Shown here: positions 37,728 through 49,599 of the stretch, piece by piece
Layout of the letters: every line of letters begins with the position of its first letter
Position numbering within the stretch: the stretch's first letter is position 1
NCBI GenBank assembly: GCA_015680685.1
Contig: MNCI01000310.1
Span: 183,220-247,219, forward strand
DNA from: Gnetum montanum
Lineage: Eukaryota; Plantae; Gnetophyta
Direction of reading: 5' to 3'
Length of the DNA: 64,000 bases
Made by a program: the position numbers and the translations under genes
The notes under the pieces: model-generated
What the model saw: only the letters and a program-made list of their open reading frames with translations
Database searches by the model: none
What the model was told of the DNA's origin: nothing

Positions 37728-40056
37728 TTGTACACTCACAACATCATTTCCTACCACCATTCTATTAATATTTTGAAGCACCTACCATCGGTGTAGCCTT
37801 TGGAGGACTCCCAACATCATCATCCTAGCACTTTCACTAGCTTCCTAAGCATTTGTAACTGGTGCAACATTTGATGCGTTTGCAGCATCTTTGCATCTAG
37901 CACTTGCAGCATCTTCACATCTGACATTTGCACTGCATTTCATGTTTTATGGTTTTCTTATCTTCTCGGAGTTGTGTTTGTAGGATGAAGCCCTGAAGGT
38001 AGTTATGCAAAGATGCATCTCCTGATAGTAGCCAATTGTCACATTGCTCTGATGTGCATGATTAGACTAGTTAAGCCATTCAAGAGTGCACATTTCCCTC
38101 ATCCCATTACAGTCTATGTACATCCACTCCTTCATCCCAATAGCCTCTCATCCCTCGCATACTCATGATTGCACATCCCTTTGATGCATACGCACTATGA
38201 TGCATATGACATTCTTTTCACATCAATCGTAGAACCTAAGGCAAGCATAACACAACTCATCTTATTGGGAGCCTTTTTTGGTTGGTCAAAGCCCAAGCAG
38301 ATGTAACACAACTCATCCTAGGGAGGAAACACCTATCCTATAGATGTGACATGGTTGCATCAAAGCAAAGCCCATTTACTCGATGGCCCACACCTTGCAG
38401 CTAGCATTTAGCAATAAGCCAAACCTAACGAAGGTTCACCTTGTAGCAAAGCAAAGAAGAAAAAGCAAAAAAAAAAAGAAAAAAAAACGGAAAAATTGGA
38501 AAAAGCACATCCCCAAGAAAATTGACAATGTTGTAGCTTTGTAACTAGCCCAACCTTAGATTGACTTTGACTCTCTCATGAGCACTTTGATGAGAGGTTA
38601 ATGTTTCAAGGGCAAGCCACTTCATATCATGGTCACTATCAGCCGTGCTAACTTTGCATCTTACATTAGGATACACTATTTGGATTTTATTTCCTCTACT
38701 TGCATTTCATCTTCCTAGCACATTACTTACACACTTTGCCCTAGCATACCCTTATCCATAGCACTCTTGAACATGGTGGAATGATACCCAATCTAGTATC
38801 GATGAGTGATGTTGGTGCCACATCTACTATGGTGTTTTGTAATTCTTTGTCAACATCTCTTAGGCCATTCCTCCAAATGTCGATAAAGAGGGGCCATTGA
38901 AACACCACAAAATTTTAGGTCTCAACGTCTTGACTAAAAATTTGGCTAAGTGTCAAAATGGTGGCACTTTTCCTAAATTTTCTAAGTGTTAAGTGTAGTT
39001 AGCTCTAACTACCAGTTTTTCATTTTTCTTCTAATTTCTAAGTTATGCGTCCTGTGCATAACATGGGGCAAGTGTAGCAACCAGAGTTAGAAAATTCTTA
39101 AAATTTTTATGGTCACCTCTGGACTTGAAAAATTTTCTCATAGTTTCACCTACCACACTACCACATGGCATTTGATTCATGTTTTACACTAACCCTAGCC
39201 CTATAAATACCCCTAGATTCTCAACATTTTAACAGTTGGCATTCCTAGGGAGTTAGAATTCCTAGATAGTTGATATTCCCAAGTGTTTGGCATTCCTAGG
39301 TAGTTGGCATTCCTTGGACGTAAGCATTTTTAACACTTGGCATTTGGCATTTGACACTGAGCATCTTTGGGTGAACGAGACCCAAATGCACTAGTAGAGA
39401 GGTAGATTTGCACATCACAACCCATTGTAGCCCTGTTGTAGCCCTGTAGAACATTACATGGTATACTACAGTGGCCAAAATTGCAGGCACGGTTCATCAC
39501 GATGAATGCCAAAATTCATGACCTAACACCACTGAGACTATGAATGCACTTCCACTATGCCTATTTTACACTATGTACCTTCTAAGACCCTTTTAGAGTT
39601 AACTACATTTCCATTTAGGGTGGTGTTCTATTTTTCTCTCTTGTTTCTAGCATTTTCTTGCATTTTTCTTATGTCTTTTGCACTTTTTCATGCATCATCA
39701 TACTACACTATGCTCAGGTGATAGTCTTTATGGGTTGACACTCTCATTATGGTCAAAACCCTTGGCTATGCTCACCCCCATTCCATGACTATGCTCTACA
39801 CTTAGCACTGCAAAACACTGCTTTGATACTTAGCACTTTTTTGTTGTTGTTTGCATTTGCATTTTGGCTAACCATGCCACCCCCTAGTTGCACCGACCAC
39901 CCCTGTTGCAACTAGAAAAGTCCCTATTAGATTAACAAGATCATTTAGGATGCTCCACCTCCATTTCTAGCAAGACCCTTGTGTGGAGGCAGGGTTAAGG
40001 CTATGTGTTCGTTGATCCCTTAGTGATTCTAGCCACTGAAATTTTTGGTCATTACA

Positions 40057-41725
40057 TAGGTAAAGTGCGAGTACATGCACCTAACACCCTCCCACAGTCC
40101 CTACCAAAAGGCATTTAGACCTTCCAATAGCAAACAATTTCTTTGATATTGTGGCTTTTAGAAGGTAGAGGGTAATCTAGTATACTAAAGATCAATCGAA
40201 AGGAATGAAGACCTTCTAGCTGTGAATAATTGCTTGGAGATTATGGCTTCCAGAATGGTAGAGGATCATCCATCATCAAGGTCTAGCTAAAATATGTCCA
40301 CATGCACCTAGCATCCTCTCATAGTCCATACCGAAGGCACTTAGACCTTCTGGTAGGGAATAATTACTCTAATATTATGGCTTCTGGAAGGCGTAGGACC
40401 ATTCGGTTGCAAATCCAGTTGAACTATAATGGAGTGTGACTAGCACCCTCCTACAATCCCAACTAGAAGGGACCAAGAGCATTAAAAAAGAAATAGTTGC
40501 TTGTAATTTGATCTTATCAAAAGGAAGAGGGTAATCTAGAAGGCAATAGATCATCTAAAAGTCATTAAAACCTTCCAGTTGCAAATAATTTCTTGGAGAT
40601 TGTGGCTTCTAGATGAAAAAGGGTCATCTAAAAGTAAGGTCCAGGTAAAATATAAGCACATGCTCTTAGCACCCTCCCATAGTCCTTAACGAAAGGCAAT
40701 TAGACCTTTCGATAGGAAATAATTACTTCGATATTATGGATTCTTGAAGGAAGAGGATCATCTCGATGTAAATCTAGTTGAATTATAAGGGAGTGCAACT
40801 AGCACCTTTTCACAATCCCAATTGGAAGGCATCCAAACCATATAAAATGGATTAATTTCTTGTAATTTGATGCTATTAGAAGGAAGAGGGTCATCTAGAG
40901 GGCTGAAGATCATCTTGAAGGTACTAAAACCTTCCAGTTTCAAATAATTGCTTGGAGATTATGGCTTTTAGATGGAAAAGGATCATCTAGTTGTAAGTTC
41001 TAGATAAAATGCAAGAAAGTATGACTAGTACTGACCTGCAATCCAAATCAGAAAGCTTCCAAACCTTCTAGAAGGGAACAATTGCTTGTAATTTGATGCT
41101 ACCATAAGGAAGAGGATCATCTAGAAGGCTGAAGACTAACCAGAAGGCATTAAGACTTTCCAGTTGCAAATAATTACTTGGAAATTATGGCTAGTAGATG
41201 GCAAAGAATCATTTGATAGTAAGGCCTAGGTAAATGACACGCACATGTGCCTAGCATCCTCTTGTAGTCCCTACCAAAAGGTACTTAGACCTTTTGGTAG
41301 GGAACAACTGCTTTGATATTATGGCTTTCAAAAGGCAGAGGGCCATCCGATTATAATTCTAGATGAACTGTGATGGAGTGCAACTAGCACTCTCCTATAG
41401 TCCTAACTAGAATGTACATAGGCCATCTAGAATGGAACAGTTACTTATAATTTAATGCTATTGGAAGGAAGAGGATCATCTGGAAGGCTGTAGATCATCT
41501 AGAAGTTATTAAGATCTTTTTATTGTGAATAATTGCTTAAAGATTATGGATTCCAAATGGAAAAAGTTCATCTAGAAGCAAGGTCTAGGTAAACCACAAG
41601 CATGTGTGCCTAGCACCCTCCTGTAGTCCCTACTAGAAGGCACCTAGACCTTTTGAAATGGAACAATTGCTTGTAATTTGATGCTATTGGAAGGAATAAG
41701 GTCATCCAGAAGGATAAAATTCATA
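40057..41725. repeat. Higher-order tandem array, right part (continuation of 30915-31822)
   Basis: Anchors at ~40086, 40312, 40444, 40670, 40803, 41030, 41255, 41387, 41614; register continues across the element B insertion. Confidence 0.85.
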
Positions 41726-42734
41726 TTGCGAGCTACATGCGAGTGCTAGTGGCTTCACAGTTTGAGAGTGAGGACTATAGGATCATGCTTCTTGCACATC
41801 CTTGCATTGTTTAATTGCATTGCAAGTACATGTGAGTTGCAACCTAGATAATTAGGCTTTTCGTCCTCTTTTTTCCCCTAAAGTTGATAACCTAATTAGC
41901 ATATTACACCAATGTAATTATGGAAAACTGAATATAGGTCAATTTTTTTCAGGAAATATTAATTCATAACTATTATTCTTAGCCTTTGACCAATCAATTA
42001 GGTGTGAAGGTTGTTCCTACTTTCAAGTTGTTGAGGAAAAAAAAGATTATCAAAGACGTAACAAGAGCCAAATTTAATGATTTAGTAAATGCTATTGAAT
42101 CGCAAAGATCTAGTTCACAGTTCTAATCACCCATAAACTAAGATCTATAACTTGTTCTATTTTTTAAAGATCACATATGATCAATAGATTTTAAATCAGT
42201 TAGAATAAGTAGTCCTACAATCATTCATACTTGGCTACTAACACAAATTGACATAGTTTGAATAAGTAATAATGCAGAGAACTTTATTGACATAGTAATG
42301 GATAGCAGTAGTGTAAATACTAGGTGGACATGGTGATAGTGTGTTGTGTTCAACATTACTTGCTAAATAGTAATCATCTACATCTATGGATAATGGTATA
42401 GAAGAATCATCATCTCCACCATTTATGAGTAGCAACTCTTGCTACTTAGAGTATGCCATAAAGGAAAAATCATTTCAAATACTATTTTTTATGCTTTAAG
42501 TTATTCACCTCTCTAGATTTGTCATGGTTCTGATCATCATAATGGCATTCAAGACATATCTCATCCATAAGAAAAATGACACCTATCTCAACATGCCATG
42601 ACACCAATTCATACTCTACAATGCCAACATCCATTTTCATCATCACATAATCATTCATATTAACACTTCTCTATAATCAATCACCCAAATCTAGTGCCAT
42701 GACCTACAAGGACTTTTACAATCATAGGAAAATG

Positions 42735-43070
42735 TGACTGCAAGGTCATGTAGTTCACATGTCTTTGCACTATTCACTTGCACTTTGAGAACATGCATGT
42801 TGTAGTGCATCATATGGCAAAAATTTCAATCTACGAAAAGAATTTGATCCACATGTTCCTAGCACTATGTCCACCGTACTTTCAAATATCAACTATAAGG
42901 GTATTCATGGTCAAAAGATGATGGGACTGCAAATGTCATGTGGTTTGCATGTCTTCACATTCTTCACTTGCACTATGAGTACATGCATGTTGTAGCGCAT
43001 TGCATGGGAAAAATTTTAAAGTGTGTGTAGAATGGAATCTATAGATTTATAGCACTATTTTCACTATAGT
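42735..43070. repeat. ~189-bp diverged direct repeat, 2 copies
   Basis: gactgcaa..tcatgt...ttcacttgcact.tgag.acatgcatgttgtag at ~42737 and ~42926. Confidence 0.7.
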
Positions 43071-44579
43071 TTCAAATATTTTATGCAAGAGAATTCACAA
43101 TCATAGGACATTGACACTATTTTTTTTGGAAAATCTACAACTGAACTGCATGCCACATGTCAATAGCACTATTTTTGAATTAGTTTCAATTTCTAATTGT
43201 GAGGTCATTCATGTTGGTAGTGAACTAACACTATTTTGTCAACAATTCTTGCAATTGCACTGTAATACACATATCACTTGGAGTTTATATTTTTTAGAGT
43301 GCATTACACATGTCACCTGCATGTTACTTGCATGTCCATAATGCATAGAATAAAAATCAAACTTGTCTTATTTAAAAATATCTAATGAACTTTGATGAGT
43401 GACGAGGTATCCCTATGCCCAACCATACAAATCACAAGCATTCACACATGATCCTAGTGAATTTTGTAGACTTTATTATTTCTAGTGCACTATCCCTTTA
43501 GGAAGTGTATCTAACCTTAAAGTTAATTGTTGTCCTCCCAATTACACTTGTGATGTTCATTGGTATGGTTAAGTGTAACTGAGGCATTTGATTTTCATCA
43601 TTTTGTATTTTATATTGTAGGTGTTGGAAATGTCGATAAAAAGGAGTTTAATTAATAAATATAAATTGCTAATTAACTAATCATTTAGCTAATCCTAACA
43701 TACGTATTTTTTACCACTTTCCGTACACATCTTGAACCCACGTATTCACTGCTGGGCAACCAAATGCTATGCTATTGGGCATACCAAGTAATAACATTAC
43801 TAGGATTACCAAGTGAATACGTGTTACACTTGAAGTAGTCATACTTATGTATTTATTTTATCTAGCTTAATAATCTCATTAACTCGATTGTTGGAAAATA
43901 ATTGTGAAATAATTAATAATAATTAACAAATAATTAAAAACATTGAATGCACAAATAAAAGAGCTAATCTATCCAAAGTGCTACAAAGTTTATCAGAATG
44001 CTTGTCTTTATTACTGCACACACTATCATGCTCAGGTACAATAATGCTTGAATAAATATCCATACACTCAATGACTTCTGCTATGGGAACTTAGGAAAAA
44101 AAATTCTAACTTTTGAATGGAAAAAATGTAAGAGCTTTGCTACAATTTAAATCTGGACACCTTATAAATGTGACTGGTAGGCACGTATTTATAAGTGATG
44201 GACAAACACTATGTCGATGAGGCATCATCAATGAAGGTTGAAATGTGTCAACAAGGCCTCATGGATGAGGCCTCATTGACACAGTCAGCTACATCAATGA
44301 GGCCTTGTCAATGCAGCCAACTAGCGATGACTCATCATATCCCCACGACTGAAGGAAAACTCATCCTTGGATTCTTTTACAAAATTGGGAAGGTGTGGGA
44401 TTATTGATTGAATTTTCCTTCAACAAAACAAACTTGATAGACTTGACAAAAAATGGAGTGCCTTGGTATATGGATCAACACATTATAAAAATGGTGGTGT
44501 TTAGGATGCAAAATTGAATACTATGACACAACTCATAAAAAATTGGACAACATGTTCCTTGATGATGTAAAGCATATTG

Positions 44580-47419
44580 GAGAAGTTCAAACGGTCCTAG
44601 GTGGTGGTGGTTCTTGAGGCTCCAAGGGACCTTCACTAGCTTCACACACTATTAGTGGTTGAGGCTATGGTTGTCTTATCGCTGCTGCAATTTCAGGTGA
44701 AAGGTGGAAAGCATCCAACAGTGCTTTCATTTTCTCCTCCTTACTCCTAGGATTAAGCATCATCCATGCAGCTTCTCCAATATGGGTTGAAATGGGCACC
44801 TCCCAAGGACACAAGATTATTAGAAACAACTCCTTAGCATTAACAAATGAGGTAGCAAACTATTTGCATTCAATGTCAAACACTTGCACTATGTTATTTA
44901 GCTCCTGGTAGTCATTTATCTATCTGGCTAGGTCCTCGGTGATGGATCATTATCTGTGAATCATCCTTTGAGAACTTCGAGTTCAGTGCTAGTAGTCTCA
45001 AGCTTTTTCTTGGTATCCTTATGGTGTTTAAACTCGGCCTCGTATATAAAATATGAGCTAGCCACCTGCTTCTCTAATTTTGACTATGGTTGTCCAGCTG
45101 TTAGCATTTCCATGTTTGCATAATGAAGATTGGCCAACTCCATATACTCTATCATTTCTTTGATTTGCAACTCCTTCAAGTAGATCTCTACTTTGTTGTA
45201 GGCATCAATCCCATTAAAGATGGGCTGCCACATTTCTCTTCCTTGTTGGAGTTTCTAGAGGGCTTCATTTACTTTAGCCTTTGTTATGTGGATTTCTTTT
45301 TCATTAATTTTTTTTGCAAGACAACTTGGTCCCTACAGTGATTTTTCACCCTCTCAATTTCAAGAGCTTCATTCTTCTAGGCAACAATTTCAATGGTAGA
45401 ATTTTGTCACAAGGTGCGTACCTCCTCTATTCAGTTCTCTGCAATCAAGTTTCTCAGTTTAGTGTTGACCCTGGTAAGCTACTATTTCTGTTGATGAATA
45501 AATTCTTGCATTTGATCTCTTTGAGCATCAACATTTCACAGGTGATGATTTTGCATGGTCAGTGCCTCATTTTCTTAACACATCTAATACAAGTCCTTTT
45601 TAATTGAATGTGTTTAAGCTTCTACCACAGAATATTTGAAGATGGTCATTATTACTTCCTCCTCATCCTTTTGAAATCATTCATGAAGTTGTTTGATAGC
45701 TTCATCTCTTGTCATTGTTGGGCTAAGGATTATTTGCTCTGCAAGTTGGGCACAAATTTTAGCAACCTCCATGGACAAGCATTGATTTTGCTCTTGGGAC
45801 ATTTCTAGTTACCCGTCCAAAATGATGCATTTTCTCCTTACATTCAGTAGCTCCAATTGGGTTGCAGTGATGTTCTTCGAAAGATCAAAGATATCCAAAG
45901 TCAATTGCCCAGTTCCCACCAATCATTCTAGCAACTGTTCATGCTAAGCTACGTTCAATTTTCCACTGACCGTGCCTATAGATGTCTACACATCTTGGAG
46001 TATAGATATGTCTATTACAAACAATGCAGGTGCATTCAATGCTTTAGCTACATAGTCAGCTACAACTTCTGCTATTGTTTCCTACCCTTGGTGCTACATC
46101 ACCAAGATAGTGGTCTCTTCACCTTCCTCCAACCTTAATGAGAAAGTGGTAGCATTCCCAAAGATTTCTAGGAAAGGTGATGTATTGTTAGTGACACTGT
46201 CACCTCTCGAGCATTGGGATCCAAACTCAAAGGTAGCTACATTCTTCGGGTAGAGAAAATGGAACCATCCCTCTCCATCTAACTAGTTGTTCGAGCCACC
46301 TCATTAAGGTGACTCATTGCTGGTCGATACATAGATGGATCTACCCCACTCATTCCTGTGTGCTGCCCTTGTTCACTCAAGAGCTATTTTCAAATTTGTT
46401 GTAGATACTCAAGGACTACGTGAGCCTTTGGTGTTATCTACTAGATGGGTGGTGGTGGTAGTAGCTCCTCTACTTGGATGGCTAATGGCATTTTTTCTTT
46501 CATGATTTCTACCCATGAGGCCAAGGGAGTATGCTTGAGAGTGTCATTTGAATAGTGAACAATTCCTATCCTCTTGCAAAGTTTTCTTATAAGACATGGA
46601 AAAGGTAGGGTCCTTCCACATTCATTCTCCTTGAAACGCTTCTCAATCTCCAAATAAATTACATATGGAAGGTTAACTAGAAATTTTTCACTTAGAGCAG
46701 CACATGCACAAGTGGAGAAGGTAGTCACCTTACTCAGCCTCACCATTGGATTGAGGTGATAGGTCACAATCTTGAAATAAATTTGTTCTGGTAGTGTGAG
46801 TGCACCATACTCCTTATAGTTCACCCCATAACATCACTTGGTCCACTCCATTTTTGCCTCAAGGTCACCTTTTGTTAATATTTCTACCAACTATGTTTTG
46901 ATGTCGAGAAACCTTAGTGCCTGTGTGATGGCCTCTGCCAAATAGGACAATTAAATGTCCTTGATCATTACAATGGACCCTAGCCTTTAGTTGTTCTAGA
47001 AGAGATAAGTCTCTCCCATGTACCACTCCCCACTAGTCATGATGATTGGCCACATGGGAGAGGTTTGCAATTGTGTTCTAACATCCTCTAGAGCTTTCTC
47101 TAAAAATGTCCCAAAGTTTATTTCTTGAAGAACTGATCTTTGGATCTCTTAGGACATGATGATGTCTAGGAAGGCTCAAGTCAGAGTTACCTCAAGCCTA
47201 GGCATAGGTCCAGGTGCTTTTTCTCATTGAGATTGTTTTGTAAGCACTTCTTCTTTTGGAATCTATTGAACAGATTCCACTTCAAGCTCCTCACAAAGAG
47301 GCCCCATTGCATGGGTCACCTATTATTATTATTAGCCTTATTCTTATTAGCCCCTTCTAGCTTTGGGTCATTTCTCCCATGGTTGTGAGGGTTCTCATTC
47401 TTGTATGTTTGGGTGCCAT
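44580..47419 (-). pseudogene. Extra 3' ORF of the Athila-like element: Transposase_32-like domain + long coiled-coil-like region
   Basis: MAPK start at 47419; ...VNLPYVIYLEI...TLPFPCLIRKLC (46441-46824); downstream E/K/Q/L-rich decayed reading frame at ~44900-45800. Confidence 0.6.
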
Positions 47420-49599
47420 ATACAATTACAATAGAACCATGGATTAGCAATCATTGTGTAACCTTAAAATAATTAGGATATCATAACTCTTGAGCGTAGT
47501 TACACTAGGCTAAGTTCTAATTATGGGTAATTTAATTAACTTAATTGTTATTTCTATTTACACCTTATCATTAATAAATCATCCCAAAGGTTGTTGGAAG
47601 GGTTAACTTGGAAAAAGTTTATGTTTATGTATGATTAAAGTTACTAATCCTTAGGGAAGTTAGAAAAAAATTTCAAAAATTGCATTGGAAACCTTAAGGT
47701 TTGTGACCCCCATGATAAAGATCTTACCTTCAGTAAGTGTAGGATCAAAAAACAGAGTAATTTGGACAAACAGTTTGAAAGTTATGAACTCTGGAAGGTT
47801 TTGGGCTTTCAAAAATTACAAGAACTCCCCATGTGTTATGAGCAAATAACAAAAAAATTCTGAAGTGTTTGGAGGTATATATAGTATTTTTTGTATTGCA
47901 TTGACAAGGCCTCAATTACGGGGCCTTGTTGATGGGGTCAGTTGTGTCGACGAGGCCTCGACAAGGCAGCTATTGACCATCATTGACTTCCATTGACTTT
48001 GGTCAAACTTTCAAAATACAAGGAATCTTTCAATGAAATTGAGGTCAAATGAAAGCTTAAAAGACCAAGAATAGTATGAAATCATGAGAAGAGGACATTG
48101 AAGTTCATAAATTTGGAAAAATGGAGAAAATTTGATTTAATGGATGGATGTAATGAAAGATTAAGGAGTATTGAGTAGTTTACATAATGGAAAATACAAA
48201 GATTTTAGTGATGTCAAAGATAAGAAACCTTAACTAATCAAGACAAAGGCTATGTAAGTGGGTCTTCCCCATAATAGGCTCATGCCCTTTTCCCCCTTGC
48301 ATAACCTCAACTAAGGAGTCTGTGGGCCCCATAGTTGATTTAATGATCATGACAAGTTAAGGACCAACCCAAAAGAATCCACTCAAGAATCTCAATACAT
48401 CAAACTAAGACATAGAGCATAACATAGAACCTGGAAGTGAGGTGATTTATGGCAACATGGATGGATGATAGAGAAGGTGGAATGGAGTTCCAAATTAAGG
48501 TCATAAGAACTCCCTTATGGAAGTGTGGTTAAAATGACCTAAGAAGTCTAATCCTCAGTCCAAACCAAAACCATTCACTTTCAGTGACTTCACATTGCCA
48601 CTCTAAGACTTATCCATCCACTTAAGACACAAGAGTGTCCCTGCAAGATAACCACCATTTCTCAAAGAGGAGAGAGAACTAAGAAGTGAGAGAGAGAGGG
48701 CATTAGTTAGAGGGGACCTTCAGGCATAGGTGTATGTCTTTTGAGTCTCATAACCAATGCTTGTAGCCTTTATATTTGTCCAAGGGATGTGCTTTGAATT
48801 CCCATTATTTTTTTGAATGATGGGAACCACACCATGTGAGGAATTATTCATTTCGAAGGGGTGTTCTTTGAATTCCCATCATTTTTGTTTTTTTCTTAAA
48901 TGATGGAAACCACACCATACAATGATGTTATTTGTCTTCCTATCATTGGTTGTATGGAATAGTAATAAGTCCATGAAAAACACTCAAGCATTCAAGCAAG
49001 ACGAATAGTACAAAGAGTATTGAGTCCCTTTGAAGTCACACCCTTTACAAACCTTTGCACCCTTCCTAATTCCGCAACTTCCAAGGTCACTAATTGATTA
49101 GAAGTTTCTTTAATGAAAAAAGGGACCTAAAATTCTTAGAACAAGGAAAACCATAGCGTTCTTTGGATGGGTGCATGATGTGGATTCACTGCTTGTTCCA
49201 TGAAAAATAAACCATGGCAAAGTCATCAGACATCAGAATTCAAAAATAGAAACTAGACACTAACAATCACACATTAAGCACAAGCCATCATTAGTAAACA
49301 ACAATAGAAACATTGTGTCTTGTGACAATAAATTAGATTTATGAAAAAATGAGAAAATATCACACTTAATCAAAAGAAACATAAGAGACAAAAAGAGTAA
49401 AATATATAAAAAAGCATAAAATAATCAAGAAAATTTAAATGTACTAAAAATGGTATAAAATTAGAAAAATTTAAAAAAAAATTTGTAAAATCAAAAATGT
49501 GAAAAACAAAAAGTGTAGAAAAACTAAGAGGTCATGGTAATGGTTAGCATGGATGGCCAACTTCCCCACAACTAAGTTGGAAGGAGGAGATCTGAAAAA

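Larger units (their letters stand above)
31823..40056 (+). mobile_element. Non-autonomous Tat-type LTR element B (8.2 kb): LTR-PBS-gag-protease-intron-like region-hairpin array-PPT-LTR; no RT/RH/INT
   Basis: LTRs 31823-33052 and 38898-40056 (TG...CA); diverged TSD caagt/taggt; PPT AAAGAGGGGCCA before 38898; gag and protease remnants inside. Confidence 0.92.
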
